A stretch of DNA of 31,082 bases from a virus. Taxonomy: Duplodnaviria; Caudoviricetes. Below, in pieces: positions 8,225-17,766 of this stretch. Numbering within the stretch: the first letter of the stretch is position 1; each line of letters opens with the position of its first letter. The position numbers were made by a program, and so were the translations under genes. The DNA lies in the IMG/VR virus record IMGVR_UViG_3300017989_002480, positions 1 through 31,082 of that record. One strand, 5' to 3'. The notes below the pieces were generated by a model. It saw only the letters and a list, made by a program, of their open reading frames with translations. It ran no database searches and was not told the origin of the DNA.

Positions 8225-9003
8225 CAGGACCCCTGGCGTCGCATCCGAAACACGACCTTCTGGTAATATTCTTCGCCCGGACTCTCCCGGTTGATGCCGT
8301 CGAGTAGATTCGGATCGTTGTCGACGATCAGCGCATACTTACCCTCGTCGTTGTTGTCGAAGTCAGAAGAGTCTGAATAGTATTGAAAATATGTGCCCTT
8401 GCTGGCGTCGTCCCGCCACCATTTCTCGAGCGACTCATTCGTGCCAGCCTCGGCTTCGAAAAACTTGGCTGGCGTGATGAATTGCAGCTCAACTTCTCGG
8501 ATCCTGTTCTTGTCACTGTTGCGACTCCATGAAAACCGCTCACACGTCCCGTCCATCGTGATTTCTGTTGCGGGTCCCGGGGAGTCGGCCCGGTCCTTCG
8601 TATCTATCTTGACTCCCATGTTGGCGTAGAATCCGTGTTGATGCTGGTTGTCGGAATCAAGGGACGCGGCGCCCGTATCGTCGGCCGCGTCACTGAATCC
8701 GTAAAGATCGCCACAGTGCGTGTCCGTGTTGTCGCTGCCGTGTGTGCCAGTTTTCCACAGCAGCTTGCCGGTCCCGCCGAGATTGATTGTTGTGGTGCCG
8801 TCGGACCCGATGCTTATCGTTACAGACGCAGCAGCGCCGCCCAGGGCCTGGATGGCTGCCTGATGTGCCGCCGCAACAGCCCGCATGTCGTCGTAGGTCC
8901 CAGTTGCGATTGATGCGTTCTGTTCGCCCGCGTCAAGCTCGAAATCAATCCACTTGTTTGAGTCCGTTATTACTACCTCGGAAAGAAACGCGGGGCTACC
9001 CAT
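8224..9003 (-). CDS. Distal tail (Dit-like) protein
   Basis: Immediately follows the tape measure; probable ATG at 9003 (AGGAG RBS, TGATG overlap). Call is by position. Confidence 0.55.
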   Translation of the reverse strand: MGSPAFLSEVVITDSNKWIDFELDAGEQNASIATGTYDDMRAVAAAHQAAIQALGGAAASVTISIGSDGTTTINLGGTGKLLWKTGTHGSDNTDTHCGDLYGFSDAADDTGAASLDSDNQHQHGFYANMGVKIDTKDRADSPGPATEITMDGTCERFSWSRNSDKNRIREVELQFITPAKFFEAEAGTNESLEKWWRDDASKGTYFQYYSDSSDFDNNDEGKYALIVDNDPNLLDGINRESPGEEYYQKVVFRMRRQGS

Positions 9004-10499
9004 CAGGACCACTCCTGTCTACGCTGCTGCGGATTGCGCCGGCGTTGCTCCGCGTCGCTAATATCAACGATGGTCCGGCCGACCTCCCGTCCCCCGAGTT
9101 CAACGATGATCGTTTGTGTGTGCTCGCTCGGTGGCGAAGTTCGCATGCTCTCGGATCCCCCCGCAGTACCCCCGGCGTAACCGGCACCGCCCCCACTTGC
9201 GCCTCTGGCTGTTTCGGCTGCGTTCATGCCGGCAAGTGATGCGTACAACCCGGCGGACGTGAAATGCTGGGCCGCGCTCCAGAAGTTGAAGTTGCCCAAT
9301 GCGCCGAAACCCTCGGCCGTCTCCTCGATCACCTTCGGGACGGCCCGGGCGATAATGGACGCTATCCTGACCGCCGCCTGCTGCTCCTCACTCTGGGCAA
9401 CCGCCGTACCCAGTGCCTCGAACATGCCGATCGAATTTTCGATCACCTTCTGCCGCGCCTGCTCATCCCGGATGTTCTGCTTAATTGCCGAGACCGTGCG
9501 TTGATGTTGCTGCCTCCTGTACTCCTCGTCCAGCCTCGCCCGGGCGTCGTAGTATTGACGGTCGGCCTGGATAATCAAAGAGCGTCGCCGCTCCTCAAGC
9601 GACACCTGCTCCTGTCCGGATCTCTCCAGGTCCTCGACGATCTTGTCGCCGATACCCGCGAACTCCTCTCGCGTCCGTCTGGCCAGATTGAAAAACCCGC
9701 CGCCGCCTGGGAAGAGGACACTCGGGCCTGACGGTCCCCTCCCTTTCTTCTTCTTCTCCTCCTCGTCGGCCTCCTTCTGTTGCTCCATGGCCTTCTTCAT
9801 CCCGTCATTGAGGCCCTTTTGCTCCTCCTTGAGGAGACGGGCCTTGGTGATAGCGATGTCACCGAAGGCAAACCAGGCACGGACGTATTGGTGAACGAGA
9901 TCGCTATCGTATTCGTTGTTGAGCTGCTCAATTGCGGTCGCGTTTTCGCGGAGTTTCTCTGTGATCCCCATCATTGCGCCATAATACGTGTCCAGCTCAT
10001 CGTTGACCTTTTTGAGACGCTTCTCGTACTTCGTCCATCCCTCTCGTTGTTGTTTCTCGCTTTCGATCCAGTCGTTTATTGACTCGACCAGGTTGTCTGT
10101 GCTCTTTTTCGCATCGTCGAGAGTCTTCCCCCACGCATCGGCTTCGGCCGAACTGCTCGTGAACGCCCACGCCAGAGCCCCGATTGCGGCCACGCCGGCC
10201 ATGACTGCTATTTCGAGGAGGTTGAAACGGCCGAGCATATAGGTCAGGGTTCCGGTATAGTACACTACATTTCCAGCAGCGCCCCCGACGGCACCCCCGA
10301 ATGCAGTCAGGACCTGCCTCCCCTTCTCGGTCTTCTCGTTGAACTGCGACATCGCCATCCCGGCATCTTTCGATACCAGATTCATCTGGCGCATGTTGGA
10401 GGCTGCGCCCGAGATTCTCTTTTTGGCGCTATTCACCCCAGCGGCTGTGCGGTCGCTGGCGGTAATGGTGACGTTTACGTTTTTTGTTCCCTTCGCCAC
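9003..10499 (-). CDS. Tape measure protein (short, 498 aa)
   Basis: N-terminal VNVTITASDRTAAGVNSA, long Ala-rich helices, a hydrophobic segment, C-terminal IIVELGGREVGR; follows the frameshifted chaperone. Confidence 0.85.
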   Translation of the reverse strand: MAKGTKNVNVTITASDRTAAGVNSAKKRISGAASNMRQMNLVSKDAGMAMSQFNEKTEKGRQVLTAFGGAVGGAAGNVVYYTGTLTYMLGRFNLLEIAVMAGVAAIGALAWAFTSSSAEADAWGKTLDDAKKSTDNLVESINDWIESEKQQREGWTKYEKRLKKVNDELDTYYGAMMGITEKLRENATAIEQLNNEYDSDLVHQYVRAWFAFGDIAITKARLLKEEQKGLNDGMKKAMEQQKEADEEEKKKKGRGPSGPSVLFPGGGGFFNLARRTREEFAGIGDKIVEDLERSGQEQVSLEERRRSLIIQADRQYYDARARLDEEYRRQQHQRTVSAIKQNIRDEQARQKVIENSIGMFEALGTAVAQSEEQQAAVRIASIIARAVPKVIEETAEGFGALGNFNFWSAAQHFTSAGLYASLAGMNAAETARGASGGGAGYAGGTAGGSESMRTSPPSEHTQTIIVELGGREVGRTIVDISDAEQRRRNPQQRRQEWS

Positions 10500-10810
10500 T
10501 TTCGATCAATCTCCGCTGCTACAAAATCCCACGCCTCCCGATACGGGGGAGGCATGAGGGCTTGCTCGGTAAATGAGGCCTTCCCGTCCGCCGTTCTGAA
10601 GTCGTTGACCAAGTCGACGACGTCGCGACCAACTACCCGGGCCGGGCACCTGTCGAGGTAGATCGGGTCCTTCGGGTCTCCTCGCTTCAACTGGTACGGC
10701 GCCGGCTCGGTACATCCCTTGTTCCTCTTCAGTGTGGGGTCTCGGGCACATCTTGAGCAGTCGAAGTCACCGTCTTGTCGCCAGACGTAGATCGTGATCT
10801 GCTCTTTTTT
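10475..10810 (-). CDS. -1 frameshift extension (gpT-like part) of tail assembly chaperone
   Basis: The -1 frame from the A AAA AAG site is open to the TAA at 10475: EQITIYVWRQDGDFDCSRCARDP...KWRREQKT. Confidence 0.75.
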   Translation of the reverse strand, partial: KKEQITIYVWRQDGDFDCSRCARDPTLKRNKGCTEPAPYQLKRGDPKDPIYLDRCPARVVGRDVVDLVNDFRTADGKASFTEQALMPPPYREAWDFVAAEIDRKWRREQKT

Positions 10811-11364
10811 TTTGTGCCCAGTGTGTTGTAGCGGGCAATCACCGACTCAAGAGCAAAGAGCAGCCCGGCCTGTTCATAGAGTTCGACCATGTTCTCGGAC
10901 GCCACCGGGACGGCTCGGCCACGAACCCGAATCTCCTCGGTTTCAAATCCAATGTCGCTAGGGATATTGGCATGTCCCTTGACCCCATATTTGATCCAGT
11001 CACGGGCCGCGTCCTCGAGACGCTCTTGCTGTTCGGGAGTCGGCCCGGAATCCTCGTTTTTTTTCTTGGCGTCCCGGATCTCCTGGGAGATGTCGGCCAT
11101 GCGTCGCCGCAGCTTTGATTTGAGCGGCCCGGGCACGTAGCCGATCAGAAACACGGGGGCGTCCTCCGTTTTCTCGGCCTCAGCCAGCCACTCCTCAGCC
11201 TCCGCCATCTGCTCCTGTGCTTCTTTCTTGGCCTTCTCGTCGCCCTTGTCTTCGGCCGCTGCAAGCATGGCCTCGCCCACTATCAACCCGTGCATGGCTC
11301 GCAGCTCGTGGAGGTTATATGCCTCGGTCGCGCTCAGGTCTGGGATCAGCACCTGGTCTCTCAT
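10729..11364 (-). CDS. Tail assembly chaperone (gpG-like)
   Basis: Lies between tail tube and tape measure; ATG at 11364 with GGAGG RBS; carries the slippery site. Confidence 0.78.
   Translation of the reverse strand: MRDQVLIPDLSATEAYNLHELRAMHGLIVGEAMLAAAEDKGDEKAKKEAQEQMAEAEEWLAEAEKTEDAPVFLIGYVPGPLKSKLRRRMADISQEIRDAKKKNEDSGPTPEQQERLEDAARDWIKYGVKGHANIPSDIGFETEEIRVRGRAVPVASENMVELYEQAGLLFALESVIARYNTLGTKKKSRSRSTSGDKTVTSTAQDVPETPH
10804..10813 (-). promoter_or_regulatory. Programmed -1 ribosomal frameshift slippery site
   Basis: ACA AAA AAA AAG (A9G) in frame near the chaperone 3' end, just upstream of the tape measure. Confidence 0.8.
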
Positions 11365-11377
11365 CTCTGCCTCCGGC

Positions 11378-12592
11378 CTACGTCGCGGCGCCACTGAACC
11401 CCATGGAGAACAACGGATAGTCCGTGTCGTCCGTGTTCTGGCCCGGGTTATTGATCTTCAGCTTCAGGGCAGCCCCGGTCATCTCCTCGGGATAGTCTCC
11501 GTAACCGGCCTCAATGATTTGGACTGCAGGAACACCGATCGCCCATGCTTGCATGTTGTCGAGCACAGAGGAGATAAACGCGGTTCTTTCGGTCTCGGCC
11601 GCCAAGTCGGTCCAGTGCTGGTTGTCGTGCAGCGTCTTGATTACCAGCTCCGGATCGGGATCGGAGTGGTGCCAGTTGATACGTCCCTGCGCTCCGCTTG
11701 ATCCCACGATCGGCTTGGGCTCCAGCCCTGGGTTGAACGAAAAGGAGGCGAGCGGGATGTCCTGGCTGTCCAGATAAAAACTGTCGGACAGGAGAGGGGA
11801 TGCCTTGGCGAAGTCGTCCTGCGCCTCAACCCGATTATCTTCGCTAGCTGCAAAGTTGTCGACCAGCCACTTCATGGTGACGTAGGGGATCTCGCCGGCC
11901 GCGATTTCCTCGATCAACATCGATCCGGCGCAGCCCAGAAGCTCCAGCATGTGTCTGTCAGTCGCTCCGGCGCCCCTGTAGGCCTTCAGCCCGTGGTATG
12001 TGGTCATCTTGCCCGGGGAAGGCTTCAGGACGTCTACGGCATAGAATGTATCGCCGTTGGCCGGGTTTGTGGAGAAGTCCGGAAATACCGTGATCGTCGT
12101 GGTGCCCTCACTGGATTGAATCCGAGAGATGCACCGCATCTGCAGATCGGGCGTCCCGTCCTCGTCGGCGTTGACCAGCACGAAATCGCCGATGGCCCAG
12201 CCCGGATCGTCTCCGTCCGCACACTCCAGGGTAGAGGCAGAGCCCCCGGTCACCTTGTCAGCGCCTCCAGCTAGTTGGGAAAGGCTAAACCCCATGTATT
12301 GCGCCAGCGTGACAATAGGGCTCGTCCCTCGGGCCGCAGCGGCCGTTTTCCCGCCCCTGAGCTGTAACTTACAGGACAACTCACCCTGATCCGCACCCAT
12401 GATCGCAGCGTCCTTGCCACGGGCCGCCTGGGATCGCTGAGTCATTGGTTGCAGCGGATTCTGCTTGACTGCGACCTCGATCGCCTCTGCGAACAGAGCC
12501 GAGTAAGCACCGGGCGCAGCGGCCAGGCTTGCGGCCGTCCCGTAACTCAAGCCCCTGTACTGCTCGTTCATGTAACGTGTGGCGTATGCCAT
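11378..12592 (-). CDS. Major tail (tube) protein with inserted beta domain
   Basis: Position before chaperone/TMP and beta-rich composition; no sheath gene seen. Confidence 0.7.
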   Translation of the reverse strand: MAYATRYMNEQYRGLSYGTAASLAAAPGAYSALFAEAIEVAVKQNPLQPMTQRSQAARGKDAAIMGADQGELSCKLQLRGGKTAAAARGTSPIVTLAQYMGFSLSQLAGGADKVTGGSASTLECADGDDPGWAIGDFVLVNADEDGTPDLQMRCISRIQSSEGTTTITVFPDFSTNPANGDTFYAVDVLKPSPGKMTTYHGLKAYRGAGATDRHMLELLGCAGSMLIEEIAAGEIPYVTMKWLVDNFAASEDNRVEAQDDFAKASPLLSDSFYLDSQDIPLASFSFNPGLEPKPIVGSSGAQGRINWHHSDPDPELVIKTLHDNQHWTDLAAETERTAFISSVLDNMQAWAIGVPAVQIIEAGYGDYPEEMTGAALKLKINNPGQNTDDTDYPLFSMGFSGAAT

Positions 12593-12593
12593 T

Positions 12594-13082
12594 TTATGCT
12601 CCTCCGTAATCTGGATCGGTGAAGTACTCGACCAGAAAGGCCAAGACGGTCCACCAGTAAGTGCCTTGCTTCACGAGGTCTGGACCGGATGCCCGACCCT
12701 CAGTTTTGATGAGCAAGACGCCCTCGGGCCTGTTCTCGGATCGGATTACTTGGGCGATGATTTGCTGCAGGTCCTTGTCTCTACGGTCACGTGACGCCTC
12801 GTAGTCTCCGACCATGTGGCCGATTGCGATCTCCACCGTCGCTAGGCTCGTGTTATGGGCGGTCTGGCCCGGGGTGACGATCGAATCGGGAACCACCCCG
12901 TGGATCATGAATTGCCTGTCGAGTTCGGACGTGGCCAGCTCCTCGGGGTCTTCGTTGTAGTCGACCTCGTCAATTTTGGCGAAAGCGTCCTTACCGCCGA
13001 CATCGGTACCACCCGATGGAGTCAGCCCGGCAATCAGGGTTTCAATGGAGTCGCAGATCGCACTTGGGGTCGTGTTATTCAT
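12594..13082 (-). CDS. Tail terminator / completion protein
   Basis: 162 aa acidic protein directly before the tail tube; call is by position. Confidence 0.5.
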   Translation of the reverse strand: MNNTTPSAICDSIETLIAGLTPSGGTDVGGKDAFAKIDEVDYNEDPEELATSELDRQFMIHGVVPDSIVTPGQTAHNTSLATVEIAIGHMVGDYEASRDRRDKDLQQIIAQVIRSENRPEGVLLIKTEGRASGPDLVKQGTYWWTVLAFLVEYFTDPDYGGA

Positions 13083-13789
13083 CAGTGCACCAGGGTTATG
13101 GCGATGGCCATCTCTTCATCCTCGTCCTTGACCAGGTCGTCGTCCTTGTCGAGATAGATCAGGGTAGGCATGGCGTACTTGGCGGCCTCCAGGTACCCGG
13201 CCTTTTCCTCGTCGGTTATCCTGATCCGGGATGCGATGACAGCCTCGACATACGCAATCTCGGTTTCGCGGATCTGGCCACGGTCCAGAATCCGGTTCGC
13301 GTAGATCGGATCGCCCTCGCTGTCTCGCATCTGGCGCAGCTCGCGAGCCACGCGCTTATGTGCGATCTCTATGGCCTGGGTCCAGTCGGTCCAATCGCCC
13401 GGTTTCTTCCCCTTCCATTCCGGATGCATGTCGTCGATTTCTTCGGTTGTAACCAGTGATTCGTTGAACGGCCAGGCCACGCAATCGAGCAGGAAGCGAT
13501 CCTCATACGCGGTCTCCGAAACCTCCCACTCCACCTTGGCAACGTAACCGTAGGCTTTCTCCCATGCGTCGGTATCGGTAGAGTCGATATCAACGTAGAA
13601 AATGGCAGTACTCCCCACCTGGGTCAGCGCTTCGTCTTCAAGAATCGCGTCGCCGTTCGTGTCGTACACCGTGACCGTCGCGCTCGCGTCGTCAACAGTG
13701 GTCACGTCTTCGCCGTCGTGCCGCAGGTGGAAATAGATCCGGGTGACTGCCGTGTTGTACTTCACGCCCTGAATCAATCCTTCGATCAT
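13082..13789 (-). CDS. Head-tail adaptor-like protein with N-terminal Ig-like beta domain
   Basis: Beta-sandwich-like N-half (ATVTVYDTNG...YVAKVEWEV) and helical C-half (LVTTEEIDD...AIEIAHKRVARELR); position fits. Confidence 0.5.
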   Translation of the reverse strand: MIEGLIQGVKYNTAVTRIYFHLRHDGEDVTTVDDASATVTVYDTNGDAILEDEALTQVGSTAIFYVDIDSTDTDAWEKAYGYVAKVEWEVSETAYEDRFLLDCVAWPFNESLVTTEEIDDMHPEWKGKKPGDWTDWTQAIEIAHKRVARELRQMRDSEGDPIYANRILDRGQIRETEIAYVEAVIASRIRITDEEKAGYLEAAKYAMPTLIYLDKDDDLVKDEDEEMAIAITLVH

Positions 13790-13790
13790 C

Positions 13791-14144
13791 TCAGCCTCCG
13801 ATTAGGAGATTGATCACGATCGCGAGTCCGCCACCGATTGCCGCCGTGATCGCGTAGGTCCCGATGCGCCAGGTCGTCGATGTCTTGCCCGTGATCAGAG
13901 CAACTTGCTCTGCGATTTTGCCAAGCCTCTTGCCAGTCCCGTTGGTGTTCTGCGCCGTCTTGACCACCGAATCATCGAGGTGGCGTATGTCGGTCTCGCA
14001 AGCAGTAATCCGCTGGCCATGCCGATCCTGGCAGTCAAAGATCCGCTGGTGATCCTCACGATTCTCTTCGCGGGCCTGCTCATGCGAGCGGACCAGACGC
14101 TTGATGTCCTGGGCCAGCATTTCGTTTGTGACAGCCTCGCTCAC
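13791..14144 (-). CDS. Coiled-coil protein with C-terminal TMD
   Basis: Heptad-like region, then AITAAIGGGLAIVINLLIGG; resembles the architecture of XhlA/holin-like phage proteins. Confidence 0.65.
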   Translation of the reverse strand: MSEAVTNEMLAQDIKRLVRSHEQAREENREDHQRIFDCQDRHGQRITACETDIRHLDDSVVKTAQNTNGTGKRLGKIAEQVALITGKTSTTWRIGTYAITAAIGGGLAIVINLLIGG

Positions 14145-14434
14145 CGGTTACACCCCGGAATCATTACCCCGTCACCGTCCACACAGTCGGGGTGACAGAG
14201 CGTTGGAACCCAAGAGGGAATCCACAGGCCCAGAGAATCCAGGACGTCGTGCCTGTAGTAGCAAGGCACGCGCTCTGGCTCAGTGGGCGACGGCATGCAC
14301 TTCATGGTCGGACACGGTGGGCACTCGCAAGGCGGACAATCCATTTTCTGAATCTCCGGCTTGAGCCCCTGGCTTATTCCGCCACACGCCCCGAACAGCA
14401 TGGCGCACAGTATCAGCGCAGCGATCGCCTTCAT
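14141..14434 (-). CDS. Cys/Pro-rich lipoprotein
   Basis: Lipobox FGA-C; CPPCECPPCP motif; 9 Cys after the lipidated Cys. Confidence 0.72.
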   Translation of the reverse strand: MKAIAALILCAMLFGACGGISQGLKPEIQKMDCPPCECPPCPTMKCMPSPTEPERVPCYYRHDVLDSLGLWIPSWVPTLCHPDCVDGDGVMIPGCNR

Positions 14435-14571
14435 TTCTTTGCCTCTTTCTTTTTGGGTTTGCGTCGCGCCGGAAGTCTGGACGCTTCGATCAACACTTCC
14501 TCAATCTTCTCTTCCGAGATGTGCCGAAGCTTCCGATGTATCTCCCGGGCCTTTTCCTTGATCTCGCTCAT
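14431..14571 (-). CDS. Small basic protein (46 aa)
   Basis: Manual translation MSEIKEKAREIHRKLRHISEEKIEEVLIEASRLPARRKPKKKEAKK; GGAGG RBS; ATGA overlaps at both ends. Confidence 0.65.
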   Translation of the reverse strand: MSEIKEKAREIHRKLRHISEEKIEEVLIEASRLPARRKPKKKEAKK

Positions 14572-14717
14572 TGCTTTCTTCCCCTCCCGCCCCCGCGTCC
14601 ACCGCCCCGACCCTTACCGGGTCCGTTTCCACGGCAACCGCCTGTGTTCTTGTTTCGTCTCCCGCCGCCGCTTCTGCCGCGACCCTTTCCGCCACCAGTC
14701 TTTTTTCCGTAGGCCAT
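14568..14717 (-). CDS. Gly/Arg/Lys-rich basic peptide (49 aa)
   Basis: Manual translation MAYGKKTGGGKGRGRSGGGRRNKNTGGCRGNGPGKGRGGGRGGGRGRKQ; AGGAG RBS; ATGA overlap with the next ORF. Confidence 0.7.
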   Translation of the reverse strand: MAYGKKTGGGKGRGRSGGGRRNKNTGGCRGNGPGKGRGGGRGGGRGRKQ

Positions 14718-14725
14718 GTGATCTC

Positions 14726-16075
14726 CTATTGGTTTTGTACCTGCCGCCTCACGCGAGCGGTGATGTCGTGTACCTGTAACTGAGTAAGTTTCGTTGGGAG
14801 CACCTGGAAGAATTGGATGGAGCCGTCGTAAAAGTCCGCCCCGGTGTAATCAGCACCCACAGTCAGGCGATCTACATCGCTTTGTGCAGTCCATGCGGTT
14901 GCATCACTATCCATGAGCAATGCTCCGTTAAGATATAAATCGGTATCTCCCGACTCACCGGACATAACAATTATGTTGGTTTGATTCGTTATCCACCGCG
15001 CACCAACAACCGCTTCAGCAATAGATCCTATTTCAGTGTCGTGAATATAAAGATCGTACTCGCTGTTGGTTGTGTCGTGCCACAAGTAGGTGCGGTGAGC
15101 GCTTGCCCCGTCATCCGCATCAAAAAACATGCGATCCGTTGCACCGTCGTAGTCAAAATCCGGCTTGAAGACAATGACTATGCTCAACGGATCGTTGTCA
15201 AAGATGCCCGTGTTGATTGTGCCTTGTAAGTACCCCGTAGTCCCATCGTAGGTGTAGCCGCACAGCGTATCCTTGCTTGCCGTCCCGTTGACTGACAGGG
15301 TGTTGTTCCCTGCCGTGTCACTCAACAAGGTTGAGTTGCAGAACGTCCAGGTTGTTCCAAGGTTCTGGTGCGCAAACGTAGTCTGATCGTAATAGTCTTC
15401 GGCTTCATCGGCGGTGAGCTTGGCATGGAAAACCTTGACGGAGTGAATGGTGCCGTCGAAGTTGTTTCCTCCGAGACCATCATAATCGCCAACAATAAAA
15501 ACCGGAGGCTCTTTTGGTGTCCATGCAGTGGCACTGCTGTCAAGAACCAGGTGCCCGTTGAGGTACACATCAGTATCCCCCGACGTGCTGCTGGCAACTA
15601 TCGTGTTTCGCTCCCCGACTTTCCAATATGCCGAATAGGAAGCAGCTGCAATGTTGTCTATACTTGTGTTTCCAAAGCGCACGTTGATCGCGTTCGCCCA
15701 TGCGTTGGGGTATTTCGACATGCTGTAACGACTGCCAGCGTTATCTGTGCAGTAAAAAAACGAATATTCATCCTCGTCGTAGTCAAAATCCGGCGTGAAC
15801 TCAATCACGATGGAAATGGGGTCACTGTCGAACTCATGCCCGCACAGATCGTATTGCAGACAATCCGTTGTTCCATCCAAGGTGACGCCGTCGGAAACCG
15901 AGAACGTAGGCGACCCGGTGACCGTGGCTCCGTTGTCCTCACAGCTTGTCTGAGATCGGAAATCGTCGGCCCATGTCACGCCCCGCATGCGTTCGGCGGG
16001 TAGGGTGAAGCGGGTTACCTGCCCCGCCTGTACCGGGAGGGCAAGCAGGAGGAATGCTATCAGGAGTCGTTTCAT
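14726..16075 (-). CDS. Signal-peptide protein with two LamG/concanavalin-A-like domains
   Basis: Signal MKRLLIAFLLLALPVQA. Two copies of DGTT..L / SIVI.F.PDFDYD / D.YLNG.L..DS.ATAWT / (F/Y)DG.I...V...KLT. Confidence 0.82.
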   Translation of the reverse strand: MKRLLIAFLLLALPVQAGQVTRFTLPAERMRGVTWADDFRSQTSCEDNGATVTGSPTFSVSDGVTLDGTTDCLQYDLCGHEFDSDPISIVIEFTPDFDYDEDEYSFFYCTDNAGSRYSMSKYPNAWANAINVRFGNTSIDNIAAASYSAYWKVGERNTIVASSTSGDTDVYLNGHLVLDSSATAWTPKEPPVFIVGDYDGLGGNNFDGTIHSVKVFHAKLTADEAEDYYDQTTFAHQNLGTTWTFCNSTLLSDTAGNNTLSVNGTASKDTLCGYTYDGTTGYLQGTINTGIFDNDPLSIVIVFKPDFDYDGATDRMFFDADDGASAHRTYLWHDTTNSEYDLYIHDTEIGSIAEAVVGARWITNQTNIIVMSGESGDTDLYLNGALLMDSDATAWTAQSDVDRLTVGADYTGADFYDGSIQFFQVLPTKLTQLQVHDITARVRRQVQNQ

Positions 16076-16431
16076 TTCTCTATCGGCTCCGCTTGGGCTT
16101 CCTGCAATTCATCCAGGCGCTCATCTCGCAAACGCTTCAATAGCCGCACCTGTGCAAGCGAGCACTTGTGCCGGTGCGCGATACCCGCCAGGCCGCCGTT
16201 CACCTCCGGGTTCTTAAACTCTTCAAACACGGCCGCCATCTTTTCGTCGTCCAGGTCGGCCGGGCCGGCCGCATTCACCGGCGCGGGATCCGCCGTCAAC
16301 TGCTCGGCAGTCATCCCCTCCAGCAGCGCGCGTGCCCTCGCCTCATCGCCCGGGTTCTTGTTGTCAGACAGCACCATCGCGCCGCCACCCAACAGCGCCA
16401 GTGCTCCGATTGTCGCGATCGCTTTCTTCAT
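16072..16431 (-). CDS. Small protein with N-terminal signal/anchor
   Basis: MKKAIATIGALALLGGGAMVL; GGAGG RBS. Confidence 0.7.
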   Translation of the reverse strand: MKKAIATIGALALLGGGAMVLSDNKNPGDEARARALLEGMTAEQLTADPAPVNAAGPADLDDEKMAAVFEEFKNPEVNGGLAGIAHRHKCSLAQVRLLKRLRDERLDELQEAQAEPIEK

Positions 16432-16440
16432 ACCGGCCTC

Positions 16441-17706
16441 CTAGTACAGCACTTTGACCCAGCAGGTTATGGCCCCGTCGTCACCGCCACCGGAATTTGT
16501 ATCGTAATTGACCCGGCAGTGATGCAGCGGCACGTGGGAGAGCAGCAAGATCGTCTCCTCGTCAACATAAGATGCATTGTGATCGTTGTCGCCCAGCTCA
16601 AGGAATGCGGTTGTTACGTCGACGTAGGAGGCATCGGCGGGGGTCGTCTCTGTGTCCGAGCTACACTCGATGGTATATGTTGTGGTGTCAGTCGGAGTGG
16701 TGGTTGCCTTGCAATGCACAGTCACGCTTTGGTAGCCGGAAAGATCGAAGTAGCCGCAAACAGCGGATGTGCCCTGCGTAATGCCGGACAAGTCGCACAA
16801 CTCAATGTTGTTACGATGCTCGCTAAGCGGGTCGGCCTCCTCCATCCCGACCTTCTTCGTGGTCCAGGATGTGCCCGCTATCACCAACTCGCCGTGATCG
16901 TTCGCCACCGGCCTTGTCGCGTCCCCGTTCGCCGTCATGGCAGCCTTCTGCGAAGTACGCGCCTCGACCATTATCTGCGGCCCGTCCGTGGCCGCTGTGC
17001 CGTCTTCCGTGGCGTCCCAGTCGTCCATTTTCTCGGCGGCCGTTTTGATGGCGGTGTTCAAGACTTCCAGGGCGGCGAGATCAACCCTCATAGCATCTAT
17101 GTCCACGACCATCAGATCGTTTGACAGGGACGACGTTGTCGCCTGCTCTCCACCGATGGCGACGATCCGATCGAACCTGACGTCAGCAAGGGTGTCGTCC
17201 TGTGCATCGAACGCACAGCCCACGGCCATGTAGTCGACGTCTGAAGACTGCCAGCCATTGCCGGTGTTCCCGGAAGCGTTTGGCTCGTCTATGGCAAGCC
17301 TCACGTTATTCCAGCCGGCCGAGAGTGTATCGTCATCGACCCGCCACTCGTTGTAATGGCTCGCGCTCGTGCCGAGACGTAGGAAACAATGATCAATATC
17401 GGTGGTGGCCGAGACATAGAGCGGTAACAGAAAAAACCCGCCGTTGCTTGCGTACTCCTCGACGTCAACCGATGACAGGGTTCTGTAGACGGCACCATAT
17501 ACGGTGTTGGCGGCTCCATCGACCTTGTCGAACTCGATCGAGTAATGACCCCAGACGTGGTTGACATCAACGGCCAGGCCGCTTGTGTCCGTACTTAGTA
17601 CGGTCCAGCTCGCTACCGATTCGCAGTTATCCAAGACCTTGAAAGACTGGCCGTGTGCGGGCAGAGCCCACATCAGAGCCAGGATGAGAATCAATCGTTT
17701 CAACAT
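16441..17706 (-). CDS. Signal-peptide virion-like beta protein (carbohydrate-binding-like N-domain, helical linker, beta C-domain)
   Basis: Signal MLKRLILILALMWALPAHG; LSAGWNNVRL and DVRFDRI strands resemble galactose-binding-like folds. Confidence 0.7.
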   Translation of the reverse strand: MLKRLILILALMWALPAHGQSFKVLDNCESVASWTVLSTDTSGLAVDVNHVWGHYSIEFDKVDGAANTVYGAVYRTLSSVDVEEYASNGGFFLLPLYVSATTDIDHCFLRLGTSASHYNEWRVDDDTLSAGWNNVRLAIDEPNASGNTGNGWQSSDVDYMAVGCAFDAQDDTLADVRFDRIVAIGGEQATTSSLSNDLMVVDIDAMRVDLAALEVLNTAIKTAAEKMDDWDATEDGTAATDGPQIMVEARTSQKAAMTANGDATRPVANDHGELVIAGTSWTTKKVGMEEADPLSEHRNNIELCDLSGITQGTSAVCGYFDLSGYQSVTVHCKATTTPTDTTTYTIECSSDTETTPADASYVDVTTAFLELGDNDHNASYVDEETILLLSHVPLHHCRVNYDTNSGGGDDGAITCWVKVLY

Positions 17707-17766
17707 TTCAGCCTCCGTCCTCCGGTAAGTACAAGTGCTGCAGCAGCAACCGCAAAAACCACCGGA

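Noticed and set aside
14726-16075. Possible diversity-generating retroelement TR/VR pair
   Set aside because: Both copies are in-frame domains of one gene, the differences are not adenine-specific, and no reverse transcriptase is present in the window.
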